The notes: a model not told the origin generated them from the sequence alone. 64,000 nt of DNA from Macrostomum lignano (GCA_002269645.1 NIVC01002257.1:124001-188000), one strand, 5' to 3'. Shown: positions 10,563 through 23,960, counted from the stretch's first letter. A program made the numbers and translations.

Positions 10563-11240
10563 TGTGGCAAGTGCTACAAAGAGTTCAGAGAGAAACTGAA
10601 TCGTGCTGTTGACGTAGGGTCTCGCCTCGCAGAGCGGTGCAGAGTCGCAGCCGCGGAAAGCAGGTCCGAAGCCTCGACCACGAAGGCTCGCGGATATGGC
10701 GCTGCAGGAGTTCTAGGCGCTGCCGCTCTTGGCTTTCTCACCTTTGCTACAGGAGGCGTCGCTGCGGTTGGAGCTGCTGCAATGGGTGCAGCCGCGGCTG
10801 GCGCGGGAGCCTACACCTACGATAAGGCGAAAAAACTGGAAAAACTGGCTGGTGAGTTTGACGACCAAAGAGGAAAGCTTGATGATGCTCTGCGGGATCT
10901 GAACAGCTTGGGAGATTCCATCACTGGTCTGTTTACCGTCACCGAGAAAATGGTCGAGAACATGGAGATTGCCCTGAGGATCTTCAAGGAGCAGGAACGC
11001 CTGAAGCAAGAGAACGAGGACAATCGAATCAAGAATGAGAAGATGGCTCTGGAAAACGAAAAAATGAAGGAGGAACAGGAAACTCTAAAGCAGGAGGCGG
11101 AAAGAAGGAAGCAAGAAAATGATGAGATGAAGCAACAACAAGAAAGCATGAGACAGAGAAATGAAGAATTGGAAGAGCGGCTCAAGAAGCTGGAAATCGA
11201 AAAAAATAAGAAAAAAAGCAAGGCTTGCCGCAACATGTGA
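10563..11240 (+). pseudogene. 3' half of family member B: hydrophobic hairpin, coiled coil, polybasic tail plus CRNM
   Basis: CGKCYKEFREKL...GYGAAGVLGAAALGFLTFATGGVAAVG...KKNKKKSKACRNM*. The reconstituted empty site gives a 356-aa ORF. Confidence 0.85.
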
Positions 11241-12430
11241 GGAGCAAGCAAGACTCATAGGTACAATTAACTGACACTTGTGATGCGGTTTTTTTTAAAG
11301 TTAAGACTTTAATTCTGGCTTGACAGTTACAGCACTGGCTTGCAGTTTATAATTAAAAGTACTCACTCCTATAAACTTTTTGAGGCCTTAGTTAAAATGG
11401 CACCATCTTAGCTAACTAGCCGACTATTAAGCTATATGCTATTACTGTTTTTATTTTTAAGTTTCTCTTACAGTAGCTAGATACGCTAAAGTACGAGCAT
11501 ATGTGTTGCAGGTCTTTAATGTAAGCCTTCTCAAACGGAGTCGTAATGCTTCGATTCACTTGTAGCTGATTAGCTCGTATTCTTCAAAAACTGTCATTTA
11601 TTATAATTTAAAAACTTTATTTATCTATGCAATTTTTTTCATCTTTTTTAACGCAATTAATATTACGGTAATCTTTCTGCAATAATTTTCCTGTACAGTA
11701 TGTCAGAAAGAATCATGTTATACCAAAGTCGAAAGGCGAAAATGTATCTTGTGAATTATTGTTTCAATCGTTTGATTCCAAAATTGTGTCTTCACGTCGA
11801 AGTACATTTCTGTAGTTTTAGACGAAATGTAATAGTGGTAGTTATATACTCTTACTAATATACGCTTGTATCTTTCTGCAATCGATTTTACCAAACCGCC
11901 GTCCATTTTTTGTAAGCTATTTTTTTGTCATAGTTCTGCTCCTTTATCAGAGGAAAAGGAATGCAAAGACTCGGAAGCAGCAGGCAAAGAAAGAAACAGC
12001 AAAGCAGACGAAACAGTACAGAAAATAGAAAAGGAGAACTTTGTCTACATGTACACTCGCTGACTCAGTGTTTAAAAGAATTCTCTCACTTGAGCTAAAA
12101 AGAGCTGCATTTCAATGCACATACGCTCGTATAACGTACTATTTACAGGCTTATAAACCCAAGAAGAATATAGAAACGAAATAACCCTGTTTAATGAGTT
12201 TGGAGATAGATGCGAATCGAACTTCGAGGAAAAAAGTTTGTCGTCACCAATTATGTAAATTAATAATGTATTAAAGCATTTAACACTGCCAAAATCAAGC
12301 TTTCTGTGTTTTCAAGTCTCTGCTACTTATATGCTGGAATCGGACATAATATACTTTCTTATGGTTGCAGCATTGGAGGTAGAAATTGATTGCTACGAGC
12401 GTAGCGCCTTTTTATCCAACTGCGAGTAGG

Positions 12431-12509
12431 TCTGCAGTGCGATGACATCACAGCTTGACATTACATCACATCACGCTCGGCGTAAGCTGTGATGTCATCG
12501 CACTGCAGA
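12431..12509. repeat. 79-bp hairpin (26-bp perfect inverted arms), possible tiny MITE
   Basis: tctgcagtgcgatgacatcacagctt ... aagctgtgatgtcatcgcactgcaga, flanked by agg on both sides. Confidence 0.6.
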
Positions 12510-12519
12510 AGGTGTCTAT

Positions 12520-14140
12520 CTTCTGCAGGCTCAAGACTTCTTCGAGCAGCTCTCGGTACAGGTGAGGGCAACGGCGCAGCGTGACATCCTTGTGATCATC
12601 CTTGGAGACCTGAACGCGGTTTTAAGTAGGTCCGAGCCGTCACTGTTCGTTACACCGCGTGAGAACGGCAACACCGGAGCGCTGGAGGACTTCCTAGAGA
12701 GGCAATACATGGTGTCGGCCAACATCCGCTTCCGCAAGCCGCCGGGCAGGCTCGCAACTTTTCTGGAGCAGCAAGCGCAGGCGGCGGAATGCGCGTGGTC
12801 AGAACGCAACACGCTTCCGCGAGCGCCGCCACGTAGTCAATTGCCACGCCATCACGCCGCTGGCTCTGCGGTCCGATCATCGACTCCACGTCTGCAACCT
12901 TCGTATTCGCGGTCCGCTCTACCGTCCGCCAAAGCGGCCACCGCGGCGCTACTACCATGCGCTCAGGGACGCCAACACGCACAGCCGCTTTGCTAGCGCT
13001 TTCATCACTGCGATTGGCAGCAAGCGTGGAGGTGCCGAGTGGTGCCGAGAACGCGGAGATGTGTGACTGCAGTTCGAGCCGCCGCGGAACAAGCAGTCCC
13101 GCTAATGCGACCGGCCCAGCGGGGGCAGCCGGTATGGCAAGACGACCTCGCGATTCGGCAAGCGAGGGAAGAGCCGGAGAAGCTCCGTTTGAGCAGGCAA
13201 CCAGCGAGGCAGAGGAGGCCTTGGCGGCTGTCTATCTGCAGCGCCAGCCGGCTGCTGTTGATGACGCCATTCGGGCCGTCTCTGCCGCTGGGCCCAATGA
13301 CAGAGGCCGCTTGGCCTTGTCGGCTATCAATGCTCTGACGGGGCGAAAGCAGCGCATTACGCTAAACCTGGCTGGCGACTCTTCGGACGAGCGCAGGTAC
13401 GAGCTGCATGAGTTTTTCGCCGAAATTATCAACGAGCCGCCACCCCCGCTACTTGACCGCTCTTCCTACCAACGACGACGGCTTTCTGTTGCGGCGGGTC
13501 GACGTCAACCGGAGAGGCGGCTCAGCGTGCTTGGCTACGCCGATGATCTCGCCCTGCTGTCCTTAACTATCGAGGGCGCCCAGTGACAACTGGACAAGCT
13601 AGTTGCTGTCGCGGCGAGTGTCAGCCTGGTGGTCAACACGCAGAAGACCGTCGTGCTCTGCGTGCCGGACGACTTCGAAGCTGCGATTTTGTGCCGAGGC
13701 GCTGATGAACAGGCGACAGAGCTTCCGCGTTGTCAGCAGTTCGTCTACCTCGGCGGTCTGGTTCCCGGCGTCCGCGAGGATTTGAGGCGTCGGGCTGCCT
13801 TTCGTTCTGTGAGGGCTGTCATGCAATCCGAAACCCTACCTGACCGCCGGAGGGCGGCGTTGTTCCAGGCGGTGATCGAGACCTGTACAACGCCGAGACC
13901 TGGACGCTGCCGGAGTCGCTCGAGCAACAAGTTGACGCGGCGCATGCTAGCCTGCTGCGCGCCGCCTTCAAGATTGGCTACGAGCGAGTGACCAACGAGG
14001 CTTTGTATCACCGCGCCGGCCTGGTCCGTCCAAGCGACCTGTTGAGCCGTCGGCGACTCCAGCTGGCAGGCCACATCATCCCCGCCGAGTCGTACTGACC
14101 AGAGCCGGTGCAGGAGGTGCTGCTGCTAACGCTGGCTGAC
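12520..14140 (+). mobile_element. Degenerate, internally deleted non-LTR retrotransposon (LINE) remnant
   Basis: APE-like endonuclease fragment ILGDLNA, RT motif VLGYADDLALL, C-terminal RRRLQLAGHI. Multiple frameshifts. Same family as 59280-60790. Confidence 0.85.
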
Positions 14141-16039
14141 GCTGGCGCCCCAGATTAGGCCGCCAGCGAGGTAGCGGTGGATCTTAAACTGCGGTCACCT
14201 TCTCCATCAGTGGCCCCAGGCCACGATGGCCCCAGGCCACGATAGCGTGTCGGCCCAGACGAATACAAATATTGCACATACCATGCATCCACAGGTCCCC
14301 TTTTTTGTGCTCCCAGGATTTCGACCTTCTTACTCTCTAGTTGACAAGTTACCGATTGCATTTGGTTTTGTTCAGAGCTTTTTATTATATGTACTTCGGG
14401 CTCCGTTTTGGCTCTGAATTTGACGTCTTTACAGTACGCTCGTTCAAAAAGCCCACACAAAAAGGCATTGCGACGTTGAGATGGATATCAAAAGGCAGAT
14501 TTTATGATCAAAGCGTGAAGCGCTTAGGAAAACTGAAACTCTATATTTATTAGTAAATATTGGACACAAGAATTGTGTGCCCCAGAGAAAACGGAACAAA
14601 TAAAGCTGTAAAATATTTCAGGAAAAAAAGTAAACATATGGAAAAAAACTTCAATAGATGTCCGCGTATAAACGTTCGCGTTTAGATAGATGTCGTACAT
14701 AGATACGATCGCTATTTATAACAGACAAATTTCAGCAGTTCATGCGCATCACAATACGATTTAAGTAGCGATGTAACAGAAAAAACAATACCATAATTAA
14801 AAATAGGTGGTCCTGCTGTCCATGAAGCTTGGCAATGGCAATACGCACGTAGTCTTGGAATAAAAGTTTTATAGCTTGCGTTCGAGAAAAAGCTTATGCA
14901 TGTTTGAGAATTCTACTGGATAGCGAGGAAAAGTTTAAAAATGAGAAAGTTCGATGTTGATTTTTTCAACAATGATCAGTTGCGTGTTCGGCTTAGAAAA
15001 CCTGTAGTAATTGAACTTTAGCTTAAAAAGTACTGTACTAGACAGAAAAAAAAACAAATTACAGCGGTACATCTTAGGGAATTACAGAGAAAAACGAGGC
15101 ACCACGAAAGTTAGGAGGACTGTAAAGGAAGAAAAATATATATGCTTGAATTACATTTTAACAGCAAGAACTGCTAAGGGGCGTTCTGCGCGCAGAGAGC
15201 TACAGGCGCTTCATGAAAACTGTCAGTTCGAAATCTTGTTAAATACGTTATTCATTACTCGATATTCGATCGCTATTTACGGTATACTGAGTATTTCTAA
15301 GAACGTCTAATTTTCATATCAAAGATCATAGTCATAGTCAAAAAGCATTAACATCGATGAATTTGCAAATGTTCAGAGTCAAAATAGAAATAAGAACCTG
15401 GAAAAACGGTCTGGTAGTAATACCGTCAAAATTAGCAGCATTTAACCCAACCAATTATTGCGAAAATTCGTGAACTTTTAGACTTAAAATTCGAATAGTA
15501 TTTTGTAAGTATGAATGGGCGCTAAAATTACTCGGAGATTACACGTGAAAATCCCAACTGTAATCTGATCCTAAAATTAGCAAGCATAATTTTTTACTCG
15601 GTGCAGCTAAAAAACTGCTTGTAATTTTTCCGGACTTCATAAGTTTTAAGTGAGGGTATATAAAATTATCTTGTAGAAGCGGAATAGATTGCATGACTAG
15701 CTAATTGGTATAGTATATTTCACCGAAATAGACGAGTGTATCGCATGGTAGCATTTCAAGAATCAACTTTTTATTTTGAATTCCCATTTGAATTCGTTTA
15801 TTAATCAAGAAACTCAGTGTTTTTCAACCCAAGAAATTTATGCTTCTAAATTAGAAATTTAAAGCCACAGAAAGGGCTGTCTAATAGCTATTTACAATCT
15901 TATAAGCTAAATATATATGATATTGGTATTTGTATTTGTATAATACTTGTGTAAGTATACGCTCGTATGCAGAAAAAATCTTTCAAAAACTTTATTTCGA
16001 GTGTCAAGATGCCTTAGATATTGTACATTAATAACTTCC

Positions 16040-19000
16040 TTACTGAGAGACAGTTTTGAAGATTTTATTTAGACTCTCCAGAGCTTTCTCCAGAGTGACT
16101 TCCTTCCACGCATCCGGTATTCTGGCGTACTCCTTTGAGGTTTCCATCAGAGAGTCTCGATATTTCCAGGCGATCCATTTCCAGTAGTCTGGCACTGGTG
16201 CCCAGAAAGTTGGCTCGATGTCCCAGTCCGGAAAGCATTTTTTGTATTCACAGCAATGGTGCAATTTTCTTTCCTTTCTCCCAGTACCAGCTACTGCAGC
16301 CTCCTGATCACCTTCTTCTGTAGTAGATAAATCAACCTCGGCGGAACATTTATGACACTTAAAATTTTTGTTCCTGAGACCTGGAAACAATTTTGCGATA
16401 CGGCTCTGGCTAATTCCTGTGGAAAAGTAGCCACAAGCGTACGGTGCGAACTCATGTCGAGACTCAAGCTTTTCTCCAGTCAGGCCCATTGGTCTGTGCC
16501 CAATACAGCGGTGCTTGCATGAAGCTTTGTCTTCGGTAACATGGTCAGCTTCCATCCGAATGCAGGGCTCATTGCAGAGCGGGCAGCAGTGATCACAGCC
16601 CCAGAAGTAGCTTATCGCGTCTTGATAAGCCTTCTTCATACCTGGGATATTATCATAGTCTTGTCTGCCCTCTACAGTTTTTTCACAAAAGGACTCAATC
16701 AACTCAAAAGCTTTTTTGTCAGTAAATGATTCTAAAAATTCTTTCAAATCCACTTCTGAGTTTTGCAGTAGGCTTGCATCAAGCAGTTCAATTGACAAGG
16801 GGAATTCAAACTCATTGCAAATGTCGCAGAACACTTTCAGCCATTCTGTCACTGATGTATTATCATTCTTGGCTTTATTGGCTGCAGTAAAAGCATTTTG
16901 AATGGTGTTTCTTGACGGCTCAAAAAATTCAGCATCAATAATCAATATATAGAGCGAATCGTGTCCGTTTTTGTCAAAAAGCACCTCTTGTACTTGCATT
17001 TTCAAAAAATCAGCTGCTGCTTGTTTCGGAGAGAGAATGTAAGAACAAAGGAGTTGCTTACCATCGCTCTCCATCCCATACACAAGCAACTTCTTTATCA
17101 ATGCTGCTTTGTTACCTATGGATGCCTGTAAGTGCTCGAGACACTTACCTGGAATTTTGTCGATAGTTTCTTCAAATGATCGCGTTAGCACTTTCTTCAG
17201 CGCGTCAAGAACATCATCAGCAGCCATGATTGAATGTCGCAACTTTGACACATGGCCTTTGAAGATTTTTAGCAATTGTTCTTTCTCTTTTTCAAGCTTT
17301 GACTTTAGACTGAATCGCTCTGCAAACCGGGTTTCCATTTGTTTGAACGTGGGGTATGCCAAACGACATGCGTACACTACCACAGCTTCTTTTAATTTAT
17401 TCGTGAGAACGATTTGCCCTGACAATCGGCCTGAAGTTTTTTCAAACTCGCAGCAAACTGTTTTAACCACTTTTTCCGCATCCGATTTCCAGAAGGATCT
17501 GTTCTTCTCTGAAAGATCTCTGAGAATTGGACCAATCGAAGACAATATGCATTTAACAGCATCCAAAACGACATTTTGGTACTTGCTATGTCCTCTGTCA
17601 ATAAGACCCCTAACTAGACCTTTGACCTGATAGAGCTCATCAGTGCTACTATGGGGCATGACTTCAGATAGATTTGTTAGTTTCTCAGGCTCAGAAGGTT
17701 TCAGTGTGATTTTGGCAGTCCAAGAGCAATCTTGATTGAACTGCAAAGCTTCCATTGCACAATTCCTCACAATTTTTTCAATGGGCTCTGAAGGGACTGC
17801 TGAATCCTCACTAATGGTCAATGCCTCAGTGGTCCAAAACTTGTCAAAGTGTTTCTGAATCTGTTCGTCAGAAAGTAGCTGGCTTTGATTTGTCATATTT
17901 AGCTCATCTGCACTTTCCTTTAATTTCTTCTTTACTGTCTCGATCTTCGCATTCTGATTTATTCTGACATTTTGTACCTTCACAAACTCCCTCAAGCGGT
18001 CGGAGAGTTCTTCATCTAATGCCTCTTTTTTAGTTACAAGAGCACTCATTCGATCACAGTGGTGTTGACTGATATACTGCTTGCGCTTACTTTCTTCAAA
18101 GTATTTGTCGAGCTTTTTCTCAGCCTCCTTAAAAGCTGACTGTATCGCTTTGGGCATTTCATCACGAATTTCCTTTTCGCTACGATCTAAATCTTTTTGA
18201 GAATGAATATTCGACTCTCGTGATGTGACACGCTTTCTTGAAAATTCGTAGACTTCCTTTTCAAACTCGAAGGCTATCTTCTTAAATTCGACTTCAAGTT
18301 TATCGAAAGCCTTCCTTTCAATGCTATTTCGATAGCTAAATACAAAGTTTTGGGTTAGAACGGCGTTCCAAATGTCTTCAATTCGGCAGGCAAAGTCTTC
18401 AAAAGAGAGAAGCGGTACATGAGGATCTCTCGATAACTGAATAAGATGTTGCTTTAAAGCCTGAACTTTTTCTGAATATACTGTGTTCACAGGATCAGCA
18501 GGTGGGTTGCCAAGCCATACACCAGGCAACAGAAATACGTCGGATTCAGGTGAAAACGAAATAATATCACAAAAGCTTTTTTCTCCGAGACCTGCATTGC
18601 CTGATTCAGTCTTAGTGAATTCGTCAAGTTTCTCCTGCCTTGCAGCAATACCACTCTGCAGTTTATGAGCTGCTGTTGCTTCACCCACATGCTGATGCGT
18701 GAAGATGCAATGTCTTTTTAAGTTTAACTCTTTGTTGACTTGCATCATCTGAATAAACGCTTTGATGACAATCGGTAAGACATTTCGCATCTCAGGGGAG
18801 TCCTCTCCGTTCACCGTAATTAGAGTGACGTCTGCCAATCCAATCACTAGTGTGGCGAATTCGCTATCTCGGAAGTTATCTGAACTTTCTTCAACAGACA
18901 TAATGCCTTCAGTGTCAATGACAGCAAGGTAGTCAAACGGAAGCTTTGAGCTCTGATGTGCGTGCACAAGCTGTGAGCTGTGAGCGTGCACAAGCTGCAG

Positions 19001-21599
19001 AAAAGCTCCTCGAGTGCAGCGACCTGCACTCACTGGGAGTCTCATGCCAAACATTGTGTTCAGCAGAGTGGACTTTCCTGAGCTTTGAACTCCGAGAACT
19101 GACACGACAAATATCTTTTTGTCACCAGCTTGCCGCTTGCACTCGAGCAAGACAGCTGAAATCCATTTCATGGGAATGTTTCCGAGAGTTCCATCTAACA
19201 GTTCAATGGGCATTCCTGACAGCAATAGGGACGCGAATATGCCTGGCAGGCGTTGAATCTGATGCGGCATTTTTGTCTCACTGATCTGAGCATAGGATTC
19301 AAATAAAAGGCCAACTTCTCTAAGTAGGCAATTCAAATCAATCGATGCTTCAAAATAAGCCTTCTTTGCTTTTTCTACATATTCTTCCAGACGTTTTTTC
19401 TTATTAAAATCGCTATCAGGGCACCTTTTTAGTTCTTTCTCCGCTTCTAAGAGCTTTTCGTTTTGATTGAATGAGTGCTCATCCAGCGCAAATTTTAGTG
19501 AAAACAAACTTATTTTGACAAACACTGCTTTTGTTCTGTGGAGCTCGTGCAGTTGCGTCACAAAATTGGCTAAGAAAGTACCATTGGTTTCATAGGCGGT
19601 TACTTGGGATTGGTACAGCTTCTGCTGAGCTGTCAAAACTGACTCAGGATCTTTTCCACTGGTAATTAGCTTTGCCATTAATTTGAAGTAACGAAAAACT
19701 TTCTTTCCGTCTGTATGCGCATGCGATTCAGCTAAAGATTGAAGTGCAAGGATATTTTTACGTCCAAATTTTCCACTCATCACGTAGCTAAATACTTCTC
19801 TTGCGGAATTCATCACAAAGTCAGGAAAATCTTTAAGCTTTACGGCGTCCTGAACTCTTGGCATTTGCTGAAAATCGCCTGCAGGTGAACGAATTTTGTC
19901 CAGAGCGGAATGAACAGTTGAGCAGATTTCTGCAACGGAGGGAGAGTTATTCAATAAAAACTCTGTCTTCAAATGTAGATCTTCGTACCTTTGAAAAGCG
20001 TCTCTGTTTTCCACTTCTTTTAATGACTCGAGGACAAAAAGCAGAACTTTTTTTGCTTTGTGGTGAAGTGTCTCCACAAATTGGACGGTTTCGGGTTTAG
20101 AAAATTCGTCTAAATAGCCAAACAAGACACAGCACTGTGACAGCTTTGCCATTTTTTCTGTCTGCGCATTGTGTTTTTTGGCATCTCCTCGCAAGTTTAA
20201 CACCAAGTATGGTGTTGCTTTGTGGTGCTTGTCACCCACAGGTTTTTTAAACCAAACAGCCGCTTCCACTAGTCCACTTGAACAGATCCGCAATGCCTTT
20301 CCGTTTGTGCACTCTCGGTGGAAGAATACATGCATATCGAGTGTTTCGGAGCTCAACAGTTTGCTTAAAATCTGAGACTTCGAAACTTTTAAGTCTCCAG
20401 TTCTTAGGAAGGATATTACTGGAAGTTGCTTGTTGTTGCTTGTGCTTGTGCTTGTGTCATCAACAACAGGTGCTTGTTGTTGAGGAGCTAAACTGTCTGT
20501 GATTGATTGCTTCTCGATTTGCATTGCAAAAGCAGATCCAAGACAAATTCGTTTCAGCTCTTTATCAAAACCTTCAAATTCCAAAGCGATATCGCCCAGA
20601 ATCCAGTCACTCTGAACGAGCTCGTTGAACTCATTCGCGTAAAGAAATGGAAAAGCCAGCTTGCATTGGAACAGCCGCTGGCACAGAAACTGTTTCACTT
20701 CCGCATCACAGCACAAGAAACTGGCAAAGAGTACATCGACTGGATGCAACTGTTTAGCATTGCTTTTCTGGGCATGAGCAAAGGAACTTGTTTTCTGCAA
20801 CGTTATCCAGGACACTTTTTCTTTTTCTTTTGGTCGGATCGCATCATGCACTTCTGTCGAACCGCCGATTGTATTTCGAGCTCTTAAGTCGAAAACAGCC
20901 AAAGAGCTCAGCATTCTCAAAGCTGGAGATACTGCAGGTCGGCCGTCAGTGCACCTGATCTCCGTGATTTTGCTAATGCAAATTTTATCAAATACATATT
21001 CCAGCAATCCTGCCTCTTTGAATACTTGTACGAGATCTTCTCGAATCGGTAGCAAGGCAGGACTCAGTTTTAACAGAGCTGCAAAAATATCGAATAATTC
21101 GAAATCTAAACTGCACCAGTCCGGTAATTCCTTCATAGACTGGTGAAATTGATGCAAATTTTGCAGACCTCGAATTGACTTTTCAAATTTTTCATGGTCG
21201 TTGATGGTCAACTTCAGTTTTTTTAGAATTTCTACGAGTCGTTTGAGCAGCTCGATTTTGCTCTTTGTGTCGCGGCCGGAAAGCAACTCCAATAGAATTG
21301 CTTCTACATCTTCTATACATCCAAGATACTTGACTTCGTTGAGGTACTGAAAAAAGAACTGCCTGAGGGCTTCCTTTGTTTTCTCATTGTCTGTAGTAGG
21401 GAGAATCTGTGATGTAGCAACTTCAGCGTCAACGCTAAGAAGATCCTGGTCTTCTGTTAGCTTCAGTTTGTCTATTATAGTACTGCTCCATTGGTCCACT
21501 GGCTCCAGCCCCTCTCCATCCTCTTCATGCTGCTGGTTGAAGCATTCCAGTGTCTGCTCGATTTCTTTTTTGCCAGACACGGAAACTGTGGAAGAAGCC
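16040..21599 (-). CDS. GVIN1: Main coding exon of a GVIN1/VLIG-like very large GTPase (about 1853 aa)
   Basis: G1 VLGVQSSGKSTLLNTMFG, G2 GRCTRGAF, G3 IDTEG, FTHQHV. URGCP/VLIG motif HPVDVLFASFLCCD...LFQCKLAFPF, C-terminal CPLCNEPC...HRP, GVIN1-like N-terminus. Acceptor ttttctgtatttcag ends at 21600. Confidence 0.9.
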
Positions 21600-22182
21600 C
21601 TGAAATACAGAAAACACATCCTCATGTTAGACATCGAGTTGTACATGAACAGTAGAAAGACCATGGGGGTGGGTGTATTTCAAATACACACATTTTCCCT
21701 TTGTCTGGATCTCCAAAAATATTCAACCAGTTGCCATGAAAATCCAGATCACTAGCTAAAATTTTCCGCTCTATTCGATGAAGCAACTTCAAAAATCACG
21801 GAAAATCGGCACCGTCGAGATATTCAACAATTCTCCTCATGGTGCCTGGTGGCAAAAACCACCAAAATTGGCAAGATTTTTCTGCTCACGAAATCTCATC
21901 ATGAAACCACGTCGGCTCAACAAATTTTGCATATCAGTCGCAGCGACATTTGCTCTCAGCATCCCAGGCACCAGGGTCCCCTTCATCACCGTCTGGAGCA
22001 TCGGCGGCGACCGTCAAGACCTTCAACAAAAGCATCCGATCGGCATCTCAGAGACGGCTGCGTTCCCAAAACTGAAATGGAAGAATCCTCTTTCTTCTGC
22101 ATGCAGCATTCAGTCAGTAGACATAATCAGTGAATGAAATGGACAATGGCGACCCTCTAGGCTGACCTGTAGACATACAGGC

Positions 22183-22600
22183 GACCTTCGGGACCTTCAA
22201 CGGAGTGCCACCACGCGGCCCCGACGAGCTGCACCCCCAACATCGTGATTTTTCTATCAAGGCAAAAAACCAGGCATGTTTGCGTATTATACAATGGTCC
22301 TGTTCCATGTTCAGCATTCAGCTCTGTCTGGACGACCTTCGGGACCTTCAACGGAGTGCCACCACGCGGCCCCGACGAGCTGCACCCCCAACATCGTGAT
22401 TTTTCTATCAAGGCAAAAAACCAGGCATGTTTGCGTATTATACAATGGTCCTGTTCCATGTTCAGCATTCAGCTCTGTCTGGACGACCTTCGGGACCTTC
22501 AACGGAGTGCCACCACGCGGGCCTGATGAGCTGACACCGCCAACATCGTGATTTCTTCATCAAGGCACCAAAACCAGGCATGTCTGCGTATTATACAATG
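22183..22600 (+). repeat. 151-bp tandem repeat, about 3 copies, mirrored by about 2 inverted copies at 23975-24260
   Basis: Unit start gaccttcgggacc at 22183, 22334 and 22485. The reverse complement occurs in the right arm. Confidence 0.85.
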
Positions 22601-22774
22601 CTTTTGCACTGTGTTAAATCGGAGAGTTACAGATTTAATTGGCGACCGAAAAATATAAAATCTTCAATTTGTCAAAAATGATATTACAGCAAATTCAGAG
22701 CGGAAGGATCTGAACACCGACACATAGACACAAAAGCGGAGTCAATTGTCACTGTTTACTCGTAATTTGGTGCA

Positions 22775-23960
22775 CAACGTGCGCAGTAATGGTGACTCAC
22801 TGTCATTTCCATCGCAGTGTGTCTTCGGCAAATTCCTTCGTCACATATGCAACACTTCCTTGTTGTCCCACTCAAGGCACGCTTCTCGTCCTTTGACTTT
22901 TGTCTCGCGCATGTTACACAGCTTTCTGCCACCAACTGACACCACAGCCACCGCTTCGCGTGCCTGTTCCTTAATCATTTGCTCGTCGTTGATTTGACAA
23001 CCTGCGAGCTGGAACATGAGCCGGTGATGATTGGACAGGTTCTGAAGAAGAGCGGCCGATTACGAGCGCTCCTCGATCAGAGGTTGCAGAAGTTGCGCAG
23101 CTGCCTTGCACTGGAACTCGTTGCGATAGTTCGGCGAGGCGCAGAGCTCCGGGTGCGCCAGTCTCCAAATGGCAGCGGCATTCACAGCTGCTATGTTGAG
23201 TACGCCGCCGGAGAAGATTGCCTTCTCGCATGAGTCGGACTTTCGCTTGCAGTCGGATGTGCGGAACATCCTGTTGCAGGCGTCCGTGCCACTCTTGGTA
23301 GAATTGTAGTACGTGACTATTGCTACCGGCTTGCCATTGGGAAGCAATTGTCTGTCGTGGTGCATGGTGGACAGCAACATCACGTTTCGGCCCGCCTTGG
23401 GGCAGTAGTACACACACGTGAGCTCCTCAGAAAACCGGAATTCGCTCGTGTGTGGAGCCACGTTTTGAGTTGAATTCTTGATATCGGCTGGCAGGCCACC
23501 ACGAGTGCGCACCACTGTTCCAAGAAACGTGAATCCCATTTACTGTACCAGTGTCGTCTGAATGGATCAGCCATGCGGCAAACAACTTGCTCACCACTCA
23601 ACACCTCTGAGCCCTTGGCCACCCGAGCATCAGATTCCTGTGATGCAAAAGTAGTAGACAGCAGTGTTCCTTTACCAGTGCAGATTTCCGCATTGAACAC
23701 ATAGCGGATGTCCTTGTCATCCTGAATCTCTGGATTCCCAGCCGATGTCAGCAGGAACAGCTTTTCACCATTGCGACCGGGCTTCTCCTTCAGAAAGACC
23801 GTGAAGTCACAGTTCACACCCCAGTAGACAACCAGAGTTTCGTCGACGCAGGGGTATGGCCCAGAAAGAACAGGATGGCGCAGCTGACTGAAAAAGGTGT
23901 CCTACAGGCGTCGGATGCCGCAGAGCTTGTCCGTTGTGGCAGTCCGCTGACGATGTTCGG
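22775..23960 (-). pseudogene. Frameshifted piggyBac transposase remnant
   Basis: TDKLCGIR, PCVDETLVV, KPGRNGEK, KPVAIVTYYNSTKSGTD, LNIAAVNA, and C-terminal Cys-rich CCICDEGICRRH...YCARC. Confidence 0.85.

Noticed and set aside
21600-21664. ORF-track N-terminus of GVIN (MVFLLFMYNS...)
   Set aside because: Lies in the intron and overlaps the piggyBac end; a clear acceptor is at 21600.
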